Shown in pieces: positions 29,270 through 39,151 of a stretch of 64,000 nt of DNA. The DNA lies in assembly GCA_965237955.1 (NCBI GenBank), contig OZ250169.1:6240001-6304000 (forward strand), read 5' to 3'. The DNA comes from Candidatus Marinacidobacterales bacterium. Lineage in GTDB: Bacteria; Acidobacteriota; Vicinamibacteria; Marinacidobacterales; SMYC01. A program made the position numbers and the translations under genes. The first letter of the stretch is position 1. The number at the start of each line of letters is the position of its first letter. Below the pieces are notes generated by a model, which saw only the letters and a list, made by a program, of their open reading frames with translations, was not told the DNA's origin and made no database searches.

Positions 29270-29800
29270 TCAGGGCTCGAGGAGCCTTTTCAGCGATTGC
29301 CACCTCGGATCGACAGCGTCGCGGACACAAGAACAGCTCTTGATGTTGCGGTTCACACCACAGTCCGGACACAGTCCCTGGCAGTCAGGCTTGCAAACGG
29401 GCTTCATCGGCAGCGCCAGCACAATCTGTTCCCAAATCATATGAGCGAGATCGATTTCATCATCTCGGTAGAAGCTGACAGCAAGCTCTTCGTCACCCAA
29501 ACCATGTTCGTTTTCCCCACCGAGGGCGACGTTATCGGATTGGGGCAGATACAAGAGGTCCAGATCTTCCAGCACCTCCGCTCTAAACGACTCTAGACAG
29601 CGGACACACGAAAACTCGACTTCGGAGGCGAGCCGACCGCTGAGGCGATAGGCGGCGCCGCCGGCTCTGACGAGCCGCCCGGAAACATTCACCTCCCCCG
29701 TGATCCGAAACTCGCGTGCGTCGATGGAAAGAGACGATGGGTCCACCGATCGATCGATGACCTGCCCCTCTGGGGGCACCCTCTCCAAATCGACTAACAC
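29270..29800 (-). CDS. yceD: DUF177/YceD family protein
   Basis: CVRCL, LALPMKPVCKPDCQGLCPDCG, DPRW; upstream of rpmF. Confidence 0.92.
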   Translation of the reverse strand: MLVDLERVPPEGQVIDRSVDPSSLSIDAREFRITGEVNVSGRLVRAGGAAYRLSGRLASEVEFSCVRCLESFRAEVLEDLDLLYLPQSDNVALGGENEHGLGDEELAVSFYRDDEIDLAHMIWEQIVLALPMKPVCKPDCQGLCPDCGVNRNIKSCSCVRDAVDPRWQSLKRLLEP

Positions 29801-29826
29801 CTTGAGCCCCTTGCGTTAAGCCGTGA

Positions 29827-29835
29827 ATTATAGCA
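29827..29835 (-). promoter_or_regulatory. Extended -10 promoter for yceD-rpmF-fab
   Basis: TGCTATAAT on the minus strand, with a T-rich tract upstream. Confidence 0.6.
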
Positions 29836-29903
29836 CGCGCGGGACCGCAGTCACCGGAGGGAGGCAAAAGGATATAAAAAACGAATATAAAAAGAGGCTT
29901 GAT

Positions 29904-30167
29904 CTACTCCTTTTTGTCACCCTGCCCGACAACCTCGTCGAGATTCATGTAGTTGCCGAACTGGCGGTTGCCACTTATCGTGGACACCGCGTGTTTGAAA
30001 AGCATCTGGTCCACGCCGTTGGTTTCGAGAATGATCGCGAAGCGATCGAAGTTCTTGATCCGGCCACTGAGCTTGGCGCCGTTGACGAGATAGACGGTTA
30101 CGTTGACGCGCTCTCTGCGGGCGTGGTTCAGGAAGGCGTCTTGCACGTTAGGAGGCGGTTTCTGCAT
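29904..30167 (-). CDS. hfq: RNA chaperone Hfq
   Basis: NVQDAFLN, YLVNGAKLSG, QMLFKHAVSTI; directly after miaA. Confidence 0.95.
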   Translation of the reverse strand: MQKPPPNVQDAFLNHARRERVNVTVYLVNGAKLSGRIKNFDRFAIILETNGVDQMLFKHAVSTISGNRQFGNYMNLDEVVGQGDKKE

Positions 30168-31152
30168 GAAGTGTCTCCTGATTCCGACGGCGCGCGTGTC
30201 GCCGAAGGTATCGCAGCACGCTCTCGAGGACGAGTGGATCGTCTCCGCTTCCCCGAAACCACTCGACTCCCTCTTCACGCCGGAACCACGTCATTTGCCG
30301 CTTGGCGTATTGTGACGTAGCGATGGCTATGAGCTCCTGGGCGCGGCGGAGATCGAGCTTGCCGGACAAGTAGCCGAGCGTCTCGCGATATCCAATCGCT
30401 TTGAACGCGGGAATGTTATCTCCATACTCTTGCCGAAGCTCCCGCACCTCGGATGCAAAGCCTTCGTCGAACATCCGCGTTACGCGACGATCGATTCTGC
30501 GCGCGAGTGCGGATTTGCTAGGCTCGAGGCCTACTAGTATAGCCTGGAAGCCTGCAATCGGGCTCACGCGCTCAGCCATAAGCGCACTCATGGGACGCCC
30601 GGTCTGAATACGAACTTCGAGTGCGCGCTCCAGCCGAACCCGATCGTTGGGATGGATGCGCTCGGCGGAGACCGGATCCCATCGCTTCAACAGACGATGA
30701 AGCGCGGGTGTTCCCCTCCGCGCGGCAATCCCTGCGAGTCGCTCTCGAATTTCCGGCAAACGTCCCGGCCCATCGAAGAGCCCACGCAAAAGCGCGCGCA
30801 GATAGAGCCCGGTGCCACCGACGACGAGGGGCAGTTTGCCACGCTCGGCAATGTCATCGATCACCGGCGCCGCGTGAGCGATGTAGCTGGCCGCCGAGAA
30901 CTCTTCGTTAGGCGATATCAGGCTGACGAGATGGTGCGGGATGCCGCGCCGGCCGCTCGGCCGGACCTTGGCGGTGCCGATATCGAGGCCCCGGTACACC
31001 TGGAGTGCATCGCAGTTGACGATCTCAGCGTCGAGCTCACGCGCGAGCACGAGGGCGAGCTCGCTCTTCCCGGATCCGGTTGGTCCAACGATGGCGACGA
31101 GATCGCGCCGTGGCGATCTCAATGCCTGCGGGCTCACGTCGCTCACGATCAC
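30148..31152 (-). CDS. miaA: tRNA dimethylallyltransferase
   Basis: GPTGSGKS, DALQVYRGLDIGTAK, VGGTGLY, YAKRQMTW; start placed at a GTGA overlap (uncertain). Confidence 0.94.
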   Translation of the reverse strand: MIVSDVSPQALRSPRRDLVAIVGPTGSGKSELALVLARELDAEIVNCDALQVYRGLDIGTAKVRPSGRRGIPHHLVSLISPNEEFSAASYIAHAAPVIDDIAERGKLPLVVGGTGLYLRALLRGLFDGPGRLPEIRERLAGIAARRGTPALHRLLKRWDPVSAERIHPNDRVRLERALEVRIQTGRPMSALMAERVSPIAGFQAILVGLEPSKSALARRIDRRVTRMFDEGFASEVRELRQEYGDNIPAFKAIGYRETLGYLSGKLDLRRAQELIAIATSQYAKRQMTWFRREEGVEWFRGSGDDPLVLESVLRYLRRHARRRNQETLHAETAS

Positions 31153-31250
31153 GAGGCTAGCCACCTGCCGACGAGGAAAGCCAAGAGGAGAGCTCCGAGG
31201 AGAGAAGCACCGACTAACTGTGCGCGCGTAAACGCGGCCCCCGAGGCCAC
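31149..31250 (-). CDS. Small single-TM protein (33 aa), not in ORF track
   Basis: MASGAAFTRAQLVGASLLGALLLAFLVGRWLAS; starts 1 nt after the upstream stop; GTGA overlap with miaA. Confidence 0.55.
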   Translation of the reverse strand: MASGAAFTRAQLVGASLLGALLLAFLVGRWLAS

Positions 31251-31251
31251 G

Positions 31252-32385
31252 CTAGACACCGCCGTTCTGCATTTCGCGAAACAGCTGGATGAGCTGGCTC
31301 TCGTGCGAGGCGCCCAAAGTACGCTTGACGGCCAGAAGCTCCGAGTACAGCAACTCGTTCAGCGAGGAGATCAATTGATCGCGCCGCGTGTCGTCGGGAA
31401 TACGCTGCAGATTGCGTTCGATCTGTGCTGGGTCGAGAGCACCGTCCTGTCTCAAGCGCACACGCTCGAATAGGGATCCGGGTCTCTCTTTCAGCTCTTT
31501 CAAATACTTCTCGAGGATGATCTCGGCAATCGGTCCTACTTCGTTCGACATGTGTCGGAAGAGATTGCGGAACATCTCGTTGTACAAGTCGACGACCGCC
31601 GCATAATCCTGACCGTCGTTCAGGGTCTGCTGCAGTGGAGCTTGTCTGGGGCCGCGGGATTTCAGAGTACGGATGGATAGGAAAGTATGGAGAACTTTGC
31701 GGGTCTCGGCCTCGCCGATCTCGCTCTCTTGGCAAATCTCGAACACGGTGCGCTTGCCGTCCGTGAGCTGGAGGACGTGACGTTCGTGTGGCTCGAGCTC
31801 GACCGGCGGATCTTTATCGGTGCGCTCGACGACGGAGTCGGTGGAGATGAAGTGCTCTCGGATCGCGCCGGTGCCGTCGGAGCGGCGAATACCTTCGACG
31901 ACGAGCTTCTCGACATCGAGATCGAACGTGATCTTCTCTCGCCGTGGAAGGTCATCCTCCTCGAAATGGAAGTAGCCGTCCTCCCAGTTGAAGATGCTCC
32001 ACACGATCTCCTTGATCTGGTGCTCGATAGCCCACCAGAGGTCCTTGGGCGATAGCACACCGCTCTCGACGAGCGCCTTGCCGAGGCGCTGGCCGCCGCG
32101 AATCCGCTGAGACAAACGAAGGTACTCGTCGGCCGAGATCTTGCCGCCCCGGAGGAGAACTTCGCCGAGGCGATCTTGTGTGAGGCTCGAGGCCGCGAAC
32201 ACCAGCCGGCCGTCTAGAAAGTAAATCGACTTGCGAACCCCGGCGTTGACGAGCGAGACCATTCCCGTACGCCGGGTCTCACGGAGGACCGCCAGAACCG
32301 TGGGTAGACCGACGTCCGAGAGTCTGCCGCGCAAAATCCCGCGCTCAGCGGGATTTTCGGCACTCATAGCGTTGGGAGCGCTCAT
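31252..32385 (-). CDS. DUF4388 (PatA-N-like) domain protein
   Basis: LRGRLSDVGLPTVL...RTGMVSL...IYFLDGRLVFA, RLGEVLL, FNWEDGYFHF. Confidence 0.8.
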   Translation of the reverse strand: MSAPNAMSAENPAERGILRGRLSDVGLPTVLAVLRETRRTGMVSLVNAGVRKSIYFLDGRLVFAASSLTQDRLGEVLLRGGKISADEYLRLSQRIRGGQRLGKALVESGVLSPKDLWWAIEHQIKEIVWSIFNWEDGYFHFEEDDLPRREKITFDLDVEKLVVEGIRRSDGTGAIREHFISTDSVVERTDKDPPVELEPHERHVLQLTDGKRTVFEICQESEIGEAETRKVLHTFLSIRTLKSRGPRQAPLQQTLNDGQDYAAVVDLYNEMFRNLFRHMSNEVGPIAEIILEKYLKELKERPGSLFERVRLRQDGALDPAQIERNLQRIPDDTRRDQLISSLNELLYSELLAVKRTLGASHESQLIQLFREMQNGGV

Positions 32386-32418
32386 GGTCGTTCAGCAGGC
32401 TGGGGTGTACGGGCTATG

Positions 32419-34722
32419 CTAAGGGGAGCGACGGTCCTTGTCAACATCTAGACTTGCCTGCGACAAGCTCAATTGGCTCCGACGCGCCACGCGGATTCCG
32501 GAATAATAGTGGCTCAGAATCTGGCGGTAGCCATAGCCTGCCGCCGCCATTCCGTACGCGCCGACCTGGCACATCCCGACACCGTGTCCCCAACCCCGTC
32601 CAGTGAAAACCCAGCCCTCAATCGTCCCATCCGGGCCGCGCTGGGTATCGACGAAGAACAGGTTTTCGCGAATCCCGAGCGCGCGTCTCACCGCGAGCCC
32701 TTCCAGATCCAACGAGCCTCTCGTCCCGACGATCTCGAGCTCGACGATACGACCGGAGCGCCCGTAGCGCTTGGGGCGAAGGTCGACGATCTCCCCGATG
32801 CGGCGGATCGCGTTCACCTCGCGGGAGAGGTCTTCATTCGATTTTCTCACGACCCAGTGGGACAGCCGCGAGCTGCGGTCGAAGCTGGCGCCTTCGGAGA
32901 CCAGCACGAGCATATCGATTCCCCCATCGCCCATGTGAAACTGCACGCTGTCGCCGGCAAGGAGCCGAAGCTCGCTCGCGTAGTACCTCGACGCGCCGGC
33001 TTTCCGATAGAGGTAGCGCTCGGTTGCGAGGATCGTGGAGAGCTCGTTCTCCTTGTCTCCGAGCGTCTCGTCGGTGACGAACAAACGACCCGCCTCGATC
33101 CTTTCGAGGGTCGCCGCCCGAAGAGGCGGCTCGCCGCGCTCGACAATCACCCGGTAGAGTGTCGCGAGCACTTCTCGCGGGCTGAGCGCTCTACCAGGGT
33201 CGAGACCTTCCGGATCGGGGCGGACCAGATCTTCTTGAATCGCAAACGCGAGATGGCGCCGATCGTTTTCAGATAGCCCAGAAAGTGGCCCCGAAGCAGG
33301 AACGATCCGGGCGGCGTCCTCCGCCGACATCAGAAACGGAAGCCGCCTCTCCCAGCAAAGAGCTTCACCGAGGAGCCTCCCGAGCCCGACGACATCCACG
33401 GGAGAAGATCGGTTTCGGGCGTCAGCGCTAAAACACGGTGTCTGCCCCAGATGCGCCAAGACCCGCTCCAGCCACTCGCGCGCTCTTGCTTCGCTCACCG
33501 CTGCACCCGTTGTACTCTTCGTGGGCGAGGTGATGCCGAGAAGGGACAGAGCCGCGGCTTCGAGTGAGAGCGGTTTCGGATTCGAAGAGCGCACGACGTT
33601 GCCGCGCGATTCGAGAAAACACGCGCGGCTCACGAGATACGGTTGAGCGCTCGAAAAAACATTCTCCGCGTTCTCGGTTCTCCCACCGCAGGTGGACGTG
33701 TAGAGCGCGTCTATTAGCTGGCCCTGGTAAGTCAACACTTCGCCGGTCGTCTCGCGTATCGCCTCATTCGCCATAGGGTGCTCGACCGACACACCGCGAT
33801 AGACCTGACAAGCGGGACTCGCGCAGATGTCGTAGCCGTCGGCCGCGAACTGCCCGCGCCGCTTCTCTGCGTACGTGCGAGCCGCAATCGCTTGCGCCTT
33901 GATGGCTTCTTTTTCAGGAAAGGATTTCGGCGACAGCTCGGCCGGGACCACACCCTTCAGGTAGTCCTCGAGATTCACGACGTTCACGAGCGTGAACGTG
34001 TTGGACGGGTTGACGAAGATTTCGAGGTAGCCGCGATAAGGATTTTCATCGACTTCGATCCACGCGCCGGCGAGCTGGGGCACGGCGAGAAGCGTCAACG
34101 AGGACGTCTGGATAGCGGCCTGCCCGAGAGGACGCAGCACTAGCGCCCGGGGGCGCGGCGTTCGGGTCGGTTCGCGCACGAGCTCGGCGGTCTCGAATCC
34201 GAGCTCGGTCAGCTCCAAAAGCCGAGCGCGCGCGCCGGCCTCGCTCGGGTACGAGCCGACTCGCAACGCGAAGCGTCCACTGCCCGGCGCGCGCCAGATC
34301 ACGAAGTCATCCTCGAGCTCGACCCGAAGCGTGGTGCGCAAAGCCGCAGCTTGCGCGCGAGTGGGAAAGCTACTCAATTGAATGCGGTACACGGCTCCCT
34401 CGAGCACAGCGGATGGGAGCGGCTCGACGAGCACGTCCTGAGTCTCGACGAGGTGTTGGGGCGCGCCCACCCGGAACGGCCGCGATGACGTCAGCCGAAC
34501 CCCTCGCGCGCTCGTCGACAGTCCCACGCGGATGCGTGGTGCAGGTGCGACAGAGTCTATCGACGGAGGCGTGAACGTGGAACGAATCGTGGCAGGTGGC
34601 GATGTCACGGCCTGAGCACTCGCGGGCTCGGGTCGCGGCATCGGACGCGCTGGCGAGCGCGGGGTCTTCCCGCCGCAGGCGAGGGCCAATGCCAGGAATG
34701 GAAGAACGGCTCGTCTAAGCAC
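32419..34722 (-). CDS. SpoIID/LytB domain lipoprotein with SPOR domain (lytic transglycosylase-like)
   Basis: Lipobox LALAC; NVVNLEDYLKGVVPAE, KAQAIAARTY, GWGHGVGMCQVGA. Confidence 0.9.
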   Translation of the reverse strand: MLRRAVLPFLALALACGGKTPRSPARPMPRPEPASAQAVTSPPATIRSTFTPPSIDSVAPAPRIRVGLSTSARGVRLTSSRPFRVGAPQHLVETQDVLVEPLPSAVLEGAVYRIQLSSFPTRAQAAALRTTLRVELEDDFVIWRAPGSGRFALRVGSYPSEAGARARLLELTELGFETAELVREPTRTPRPRALVLRPLGQAAIQTSSLTLLAVPQLAGAWIEVDENPYRGYLEIFVNPSNTFTLVNVVNLEDYLKGVVPAELSPKSFPEKEAIKAQAIAARTYAEKRRGQFAADGYDICASPACQVYRGVSVEHPMANEAIRETTGEVLTYQGQLIDALYTSTCGGRTENAENVFSSAQPYLVSRACFLESRGNVVRSSNPKPLSLEAAALSLLGITSPTKSTTGAAVSEARAREWLERVLAHLGQTPCFSADARNRSSPVDVVGLGRLLGEALCWERRLPFLMSAEDAARIVPASGPLSGLSENDRRHLAFAIQEDLVRPDPEGLDPGRALSPREVLATLYRVIVERGEPPLRAATLERIEAGRLFVTDETLGDKENELSTILATERYLYRKAGASRYYASELRLLAGDSVQFHMGDGGIDMLVLVSEGASFDRSSRLSHWVVRKSNEDLSREVNAIRRIGEIVDLRPKRYGRSGRIVELEIVGTRGSLDLEGLAVRRALGIRENLFFVDTQRGPDGTIEGWVFTGRGWGHGVGMCQVGAYGMAAAGYGYRQILSHYYSGIRVARRSQLSLSQASLDVDKDRRSP

Positions 34723-35982
34723 TTAAGGAAAGATATTGTAGGGGCGCTCGTTGACCCAGAACACAATGACGATGTCGAACGTCTCATCCGGGTAGTCGGC
34801 CGGAAGGGCGAGCAGGCTCGCCCCCTGGATGGCACCCTCGGCATTGTTGTCGAAGCCCGATACGCCGGACCGGTAGACGGTCTCCCACGCGATGACGCTT
34901 CCATCCCTAGCCACGGTGAAACCAACCGCCGTGTGCCCGGCGTATACGCCCGCTGCCAAGGGCATCGACGCAATCCACGTCCGCCTGACTTCCGCCAGCA
35001 TCCGTCGGATCCAGGGTACGAAGTTGGCCCCCTTGTCGTTGTAGTACAGCGTGTGGTCACGCCCCGTCACGACGAGACCGCCCGTGGGGTTGTGAAACTG
35101 AGCGCTCGCGAGAAATCGAGAAATATCAGTGAACCGACCATTCTCGCCGCCTTCGCCCAACTCGGCTCGGGTGACTCGCGGTTCCGGTGGTTGGATCAGA
35201 CGTTGCTGCTCCTCTTCCCTGCGGGCATCTTCGGTCGGCTCGAGCAACGAGTTCGGGAACAGAAGGTCTCCGAGATCCTTGGGATCGATACTGCTATCGG
35301 CAACTTCTACCGCATCGTTGCCGTTATCCGCGCCTTCGACTTCGTCGGAATCAACGTCGTCTTCTCCGGACTCTTCTGCGACGATCGGCTCGGTTTCGAC
35401 CTCGTCAACCTCCTCAGCGTCACCCTCTTCGCCGGGATCTTTCACTTCCTCGTCCGTGTAAAACTCTTCCGTATTGCCGGTCGAGAACGGCAAATCGTCC
35501 ATGACTTCCGCTCGGCGCTCCGGCTCGAGCATCGCTTTCGGAATGAGCAAAGCGTTCTCGTTGGCTTGCGGCTCGGGCGGAGTGGGTTGTGCGTCCGGCA
35601 TGGGAACCACCGGGACAACAGGAACAGCGGCGACTGGCGGTGGCGGTGGCTCTTCGATAAACAGGAGGAGCGGCTTCTCCTTGTCGATCTCGGCGACTTC
35701 CTGCTCGGACTGTACGGTCGAGTCGAGGAGATGGCTAGGGTCGATGAAAAAGAACAAGACGAGGAAGATGTGAGCGAACGCAGAGACGGCGATGCCGACA
35801 CGCGGATCCCCGAGAAGCGGGTCCTGATCATCACCGCGCTCGAAGAACTCGGCCGCATGCTCCGGGTCCGCGAGCAGCGAGAAGAAGAAATCCTCGGCTC
35901 CCCCCCGGGGGATGAGACTTTCGAACCCGCTCGTGGTCTTCCGAAACGGATGATCCTCGATAGACTCGCGCCGCTTCGGCAT
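34723..35982 (-). CDS. TonB/TolA-like membrane-anchored protein
   Basis: SAFAH TM helix, Pro/Glu-rich linker, C-terminal FTVARDG...SG...FDNNAEGAI domain. Confidence 0.72.
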   Translation of the reverse strand: MPKRRESIEDHPFRKTTSGFESLIPRGGAEDFFFSLLADPEHAAEFFERGDDQDPLLGDPRVGIAVSAFAHIFLVLFFFIDPSHLLDSTVQSEQEVAEIDKEKPLLLFIEEPPPPPVAAVPVVPVVPMPDAQPTPPEPQANENALLIPKAMLEPERRAEVMDDLPFSTGNTEEFYTDEEVKDPGEEGDAEEVDEVETEPIVAEESGEDDVDSDEVEGADNGNDAVEVADSSIDPKDLGDLLFPNSLLEPTEDARREEEQQRLIQPPEPRVTRAELGEGGENGRFTDISRFLASAQFHNPTGGLVVTGRDHTLYYNDKGANFVPWIRRMLAEVRRTWIASMPLAAGVYAGHTAVGFTVARDGSVIAWETVYRSGVSGFDNNAEGAIQGASLLALPADYPDETFDIVIVFWVNERPYNIFP

Positions 35983-36102
35983 GACCGGCTGGCCCCGCCG
36001 GATGGTTTTGCGCCTTCCGCCCTCTCCAATCCGCATTCGCGACTCTAGGGCCGCGTCGGCACTCCAAACTATTGAAGGGTAACGACCTTAACGACCTACC
36101 GG

Positions 36103-36131
36103 ATTATAGCCGCTGTCGATCCCCTGGGCAA
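36103..36131 (-). promoter_or_regulatory. sigma70-type promoter of the TonB-like gene
   Basis: TTGCCC-N17-TATAAT on the minus strand. Confidence 0.65.
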
Positions 36132-36202
36132 GAAACTGCCGGGAGGAGGCCGAGAAATTACATTCGTTACGTGACACGGCTTTTTACAGGTTGACATTAC
36201 TA

Positions 36203-36424
36203 AGGAACCTTGCTGATAACCCAATCGCAGGATTCGGGTACAACGCCTCGCTGCTGTGCTGCATGCCGTCGTCGGCGTGCGTCGAGGACGGTGGGGCACA
36301 TGGAACGATGGCGTTACCGGAGTCCAAGATGCGGAAGCTCGTCACCAACGCCGGCTTCACTCGTTTCCGTCGGATCCACGAGCTCGAGCATCCGTTCAAC
36401 GCCTACTACGAGGCGCGCCCCTAG
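36203..36424 (+). pseudogene. C-terminal fragment of a SAM-dependent methyltransferase (Rv2258c-like)
   Basis: NPIAGFGYNASLLCCMPSS...GT...AGFTRFRRI...PFNAYYEARP with no N-terminal part. Confidence 0.65.
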
Positions 36425-36539
36425 CAATATTCACTGAGTGGGGATTCGGCGGGCCGGGGTCTCGTCGTTTTCTCGCCCTAGCGGCCGCATCTTCGGGGCC
36501 TCTTTTTGCCACAGAGACACAGAGGCACAGCGCAGCATA

Positions 36540-36730
36540 GCCGCAACCAACTCACTACGCGCGGAGTGAACTGTCTCCGGACACAGTTGAAACGACGGCT
36601 CCGGTTCCCCGACGCGGTCGGCGGAACGACGGTACTGGTCCATTTTCTCTGTGCCATAGTTCAGTTCCGCCATATACAGGTTGTGGACACGACAGAGGAG
36701 CCGGATGTTAGTGGCACTTCGATCGCCTAA
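36540..36730 (-). pseudogene. C-terminal fragment of an HNH-endonuclease-like protein
   Basis: GDRSATNIRLLCRVHNLYMAELNYG is the second half of an HNH motif. Confidence 0.6.
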
Positions 36731-36777
36731 GCGATTTTTTTCAAAGTCGCTCACTGTTTCCGGACGTAGTTCAGCGC

Positions 36778-37232
36778 GTCAGAGCGAAACTCGCAACCGA
36801 GACGAAAGGATTTCTGCATAATTGCGATCTTCATCTCGAACGGAAACCGCTATCTCCGTGCCATCGTGCGACCACTGAGGTGATCCGCAAGGCCTCTTCG
36901 GCGGAGAACGATGTGAGTTTGCGAGGGCTGCCTCCGAGTTCGGACATCACCTGCAAAGTCCAAGACTCAGCTCTTTCGGACAGGAACGCGATCTGACGCC
37001 CGTCGGGGGACCAACTTGGTTGGCGCTGGTGTCCTCCGTGGTCGGACGTCAGGTTCGCACCCTCTCCACCACCCAGTTGTGCCACCCAGATGTCCCAGTC
37101 GCCACTTTGATTCGACTCGTATGCGAGTCTGATCCCATCGGGAGACCACGTGGGGTAGTCCTCGACGCCCGCGGCGGACGTTACTTGAACGGGATTCGTC
37201 AAACGTGACCGAGAGAATACGATCTTTCGCAA
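36778..37232 (-). pseudogene. Frameshifted fragment of a PD40/TolB-like beta-propeller
   Basis: PTWSPDG and PSWSPDG, then a third repeat PQWSHDG in a shifted frame near 36885. Confidence 0.7.
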
Positions 37233-37257
37233 GGCGAGACCACCCGGCTTGGTAGTT

Positions 37258-38217
37258 CTAGAGAGCCATCGCGCTGACGACTCGGAGGGCTAACTCCAGC
37301 GCGGCCCGGCCGTCCTCGCCGGTCACTCGAGGCTCGCGTCCGGTGGCAACCGCGTCGAGAAAGTCGCGGAGCTCGCGGCGCAGGGGCTCTTCGTTTTGGA
37401 CGTTGAGGTCGTCTTTTTGGATGTTGGGCCGTCCGGCGTCGCTGCCGTCACTACCGTCACTATTGGCCACGAGCTGGAAGCGCACGGCTTCCTGCGTCTG
37501 ATAGTCGAGCGACACGTATCGATCGCGTTCGAAGACGCGGAGCTTTCGGACTTTTTCTTGCGAGACCCGGCTGGCGGTGATGTTGGCGACCGCGCCGCCA
37601 TCGAATTTCAGGCGCGCGTTGGCGATATCGACCTTGGGCGTCAAAACCGGCACGCCGACGGCTTCGACGGAAACGACTTCCCTTCCGACGAGCGCGCGCA
37701 CCACATCGAGGTCGTGAATCATCAAATCCAACACGACGTCGATATCGAGGCTACGGGGGCTGAACGAGCCCAATCGATGCACTTCGATGAACCGCGGATC
37801 TTCGACCTGGGCGAGAACGGCTTCGAACCCCGGATTGTAGCGCTCGGTGTGTCCTATTGCAAGCCGGAGATTCTTCTCACGGGCTCGCGTCGTCATGCGT
37901 AGCGCCTGCTCAAGCCCCGGGGCAATGGGTTTTTCTACCAGCACGTGAACGCCCGCATCGAGAAGCGCCGTGGTAATCGCCTCGTGGTCGAGAGTCGGAA
38001 CCGCTACGCTCGCCGCGTGTACGTCAGGCACGAGCTCGTTGAAATCGTTAACACCTCGGATACCGTACTGCTCCGAAATCTCGCGGCATCGATTGCTATC
38101 GATGTCAGCGACGCCGATGAGCTCGGCGGCGTCGAGCTCGGAGTACAGCCGCGCGTGGCGGGATCCGAGCTCGCCGACACCGATGACGGCAACGCGAACG
38201 CGAGCGCGCTCAGGCAT
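37258..38217 (-). CDS. Gfo/Idh/MocA oxidoreductase, GnnA-like (UDP-GlcNAc 3-dehydrogenase)
   Basis: VIGVGELG, VEKP, GHTERYNP, DVVLDLMIHDLD; directly follows lpxA-lpxI. Confidence 0.85.
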   Translation of the reverse strand: MPERARVRVAVIGVGELGSRHARLYSELDAAELIGVADIDSNRCREISEQYGIRGVNDFNELVPDVHAASVAVPTLDHEAITTALLDAGVHVLVEKPIAPGLEQALRMTTRAREKNLRLAIGHTERYNPGFEAVLAQVEDPRFIEVHRLGSFSPRSLDIDVVLDLMIHDLDVVRALVGREVVSVEAVGVPVLTPKVDIANARLKFDGGAVANITASRVSQEKVRKLRVFERDRYVSLDYQTQEAVRFQLVANSDGSDGSDAGRPNIQKDDLNVQNEEPLRRELRDFLDAVATGREPRVTGEDGRAALELALRVVSAMAL

Positions 38218-39037
38218 CGGCAAACCCGTGCACCGCAATGCGGTGCTTGTCGGCCTTGCGCAGGAGCTCGTCTCGATCGACGAGCAGCACGCGCCCGGCT
38301 TGGAGTGCGAGAGCAGTCGCACCCGCGTCCACCATGGAATCGATCGTCGTCGGTCCGACCACGGGTACGTCGAAGCGCATATCCTGATTCGGGCGAGCCA
38401 CCTTCACGACCACGAGAGGTCCTTTCACGACGCTACCAGCCCGTCGAACGGTTTCGTCCGTCCCTTCCATCGCCTCGGCGGCGACCACGGATTTTCGTTT
38501 GACCACGACCGTCTGCCCGATGTCGAGGGCGGCGAGCCCTCTTGCTCGAGCAGCTCCGAAGTCGATGTCGTCAATCTCTTCTTTGCTCGGCTTGCGTTTC
38601 GCCATCGCCCCGTCACTCGCGAGAAACGTTGTCAAAAGCGTCGTCGAGTCGAGGAGCTCGACGCCTTCCTCAGCGAGGACGTCGGCAAGCGTTTTCAACA
38701 TGGCGTCGGTAGTCCGCGATGGAAGCCGAGACAGCACTTTGAGCATGAGCCGATCCGGCTTCAGGATCTGGAACACGCGCACATGCCGGACCCCACCAGC
38801 CATGATCGCCTGCGAAACGCCAGCATCCCGAAAAGTTTTCACACACCGCGAGACCTGGCCGATTCCGACCCACCGAAAGCTCTCGCACTCCGTTTCGAGC
38901 GCCTCGTCGGCTTCACCCTCGACACCGAGCGTCACTACCGAGATCCCCTGCCGTTTGGCCTCGGCAACGACCATGAACGGAAACCGCCCCTCTCCGGCGA
39001 TGAGCCCAAGGGTGGAAGGCAGAGACTTTTTTTTCAA
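38210..39037 (-). CDS. lpxI: UDP-2,3-diacylglucosamine diphosphatase LpxI
   Basis: LGLIAGEGRFP, DIGQTVVV, EAMEGTD, QDMRFDVPVVG. Confidence 0.93.
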   Translation of the reverse strand: MKKKSLPSTLGLIAGEGRFPFMVVAEAKRQGISVVTLGVEGEADEALETECESFRWVGIGQVSRCVKTFRDAGVSQAIMAGGVRHVRVFQILKPDRLMLKVLSRLPSRTTDAMLKTLADVLAEEGVELLDSTTLLTTFLASDGAMAKRKPSKEEIDDIDFGAARARGLAALDIGQTVVVKRKSVVAAEAMEGTDETVRRAGSVVKGPLVVVKVARPNQDMRFDVPVVGPTTIDSMVDAGATALALQAGRVLLVDRDELLRKADKHRIAVHGFADA

Positions 39038-39137
39038 CGCAAAGACGCCAAGGCGCCAAGGCGCAAAGGGGTTGTTCTTCGACTCAAGGTCCGTTTACGC
39101 GCCACGCGGATCTTTGCGACTCTGCGTCTTTGCGTTG
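39035..39137. repeat. Octamer (ACGCAAAG) palindromic element, copy 2
   Basis: caacgcaaagacgccaaggcgccaaggcgcaaag ... ctttgcgactctgcgtctttgcgttg. Confidence 0.85.
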
Positions 39138-39151
39138 TTCTTTTCGACGTG

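Noticed and set aside
36081-36098. Direct repeat AACGACCT x2 just downstream of the TonB-like promoter
   Set aside because: Could be an operator, but it is a single short instance with no supporting evidence.
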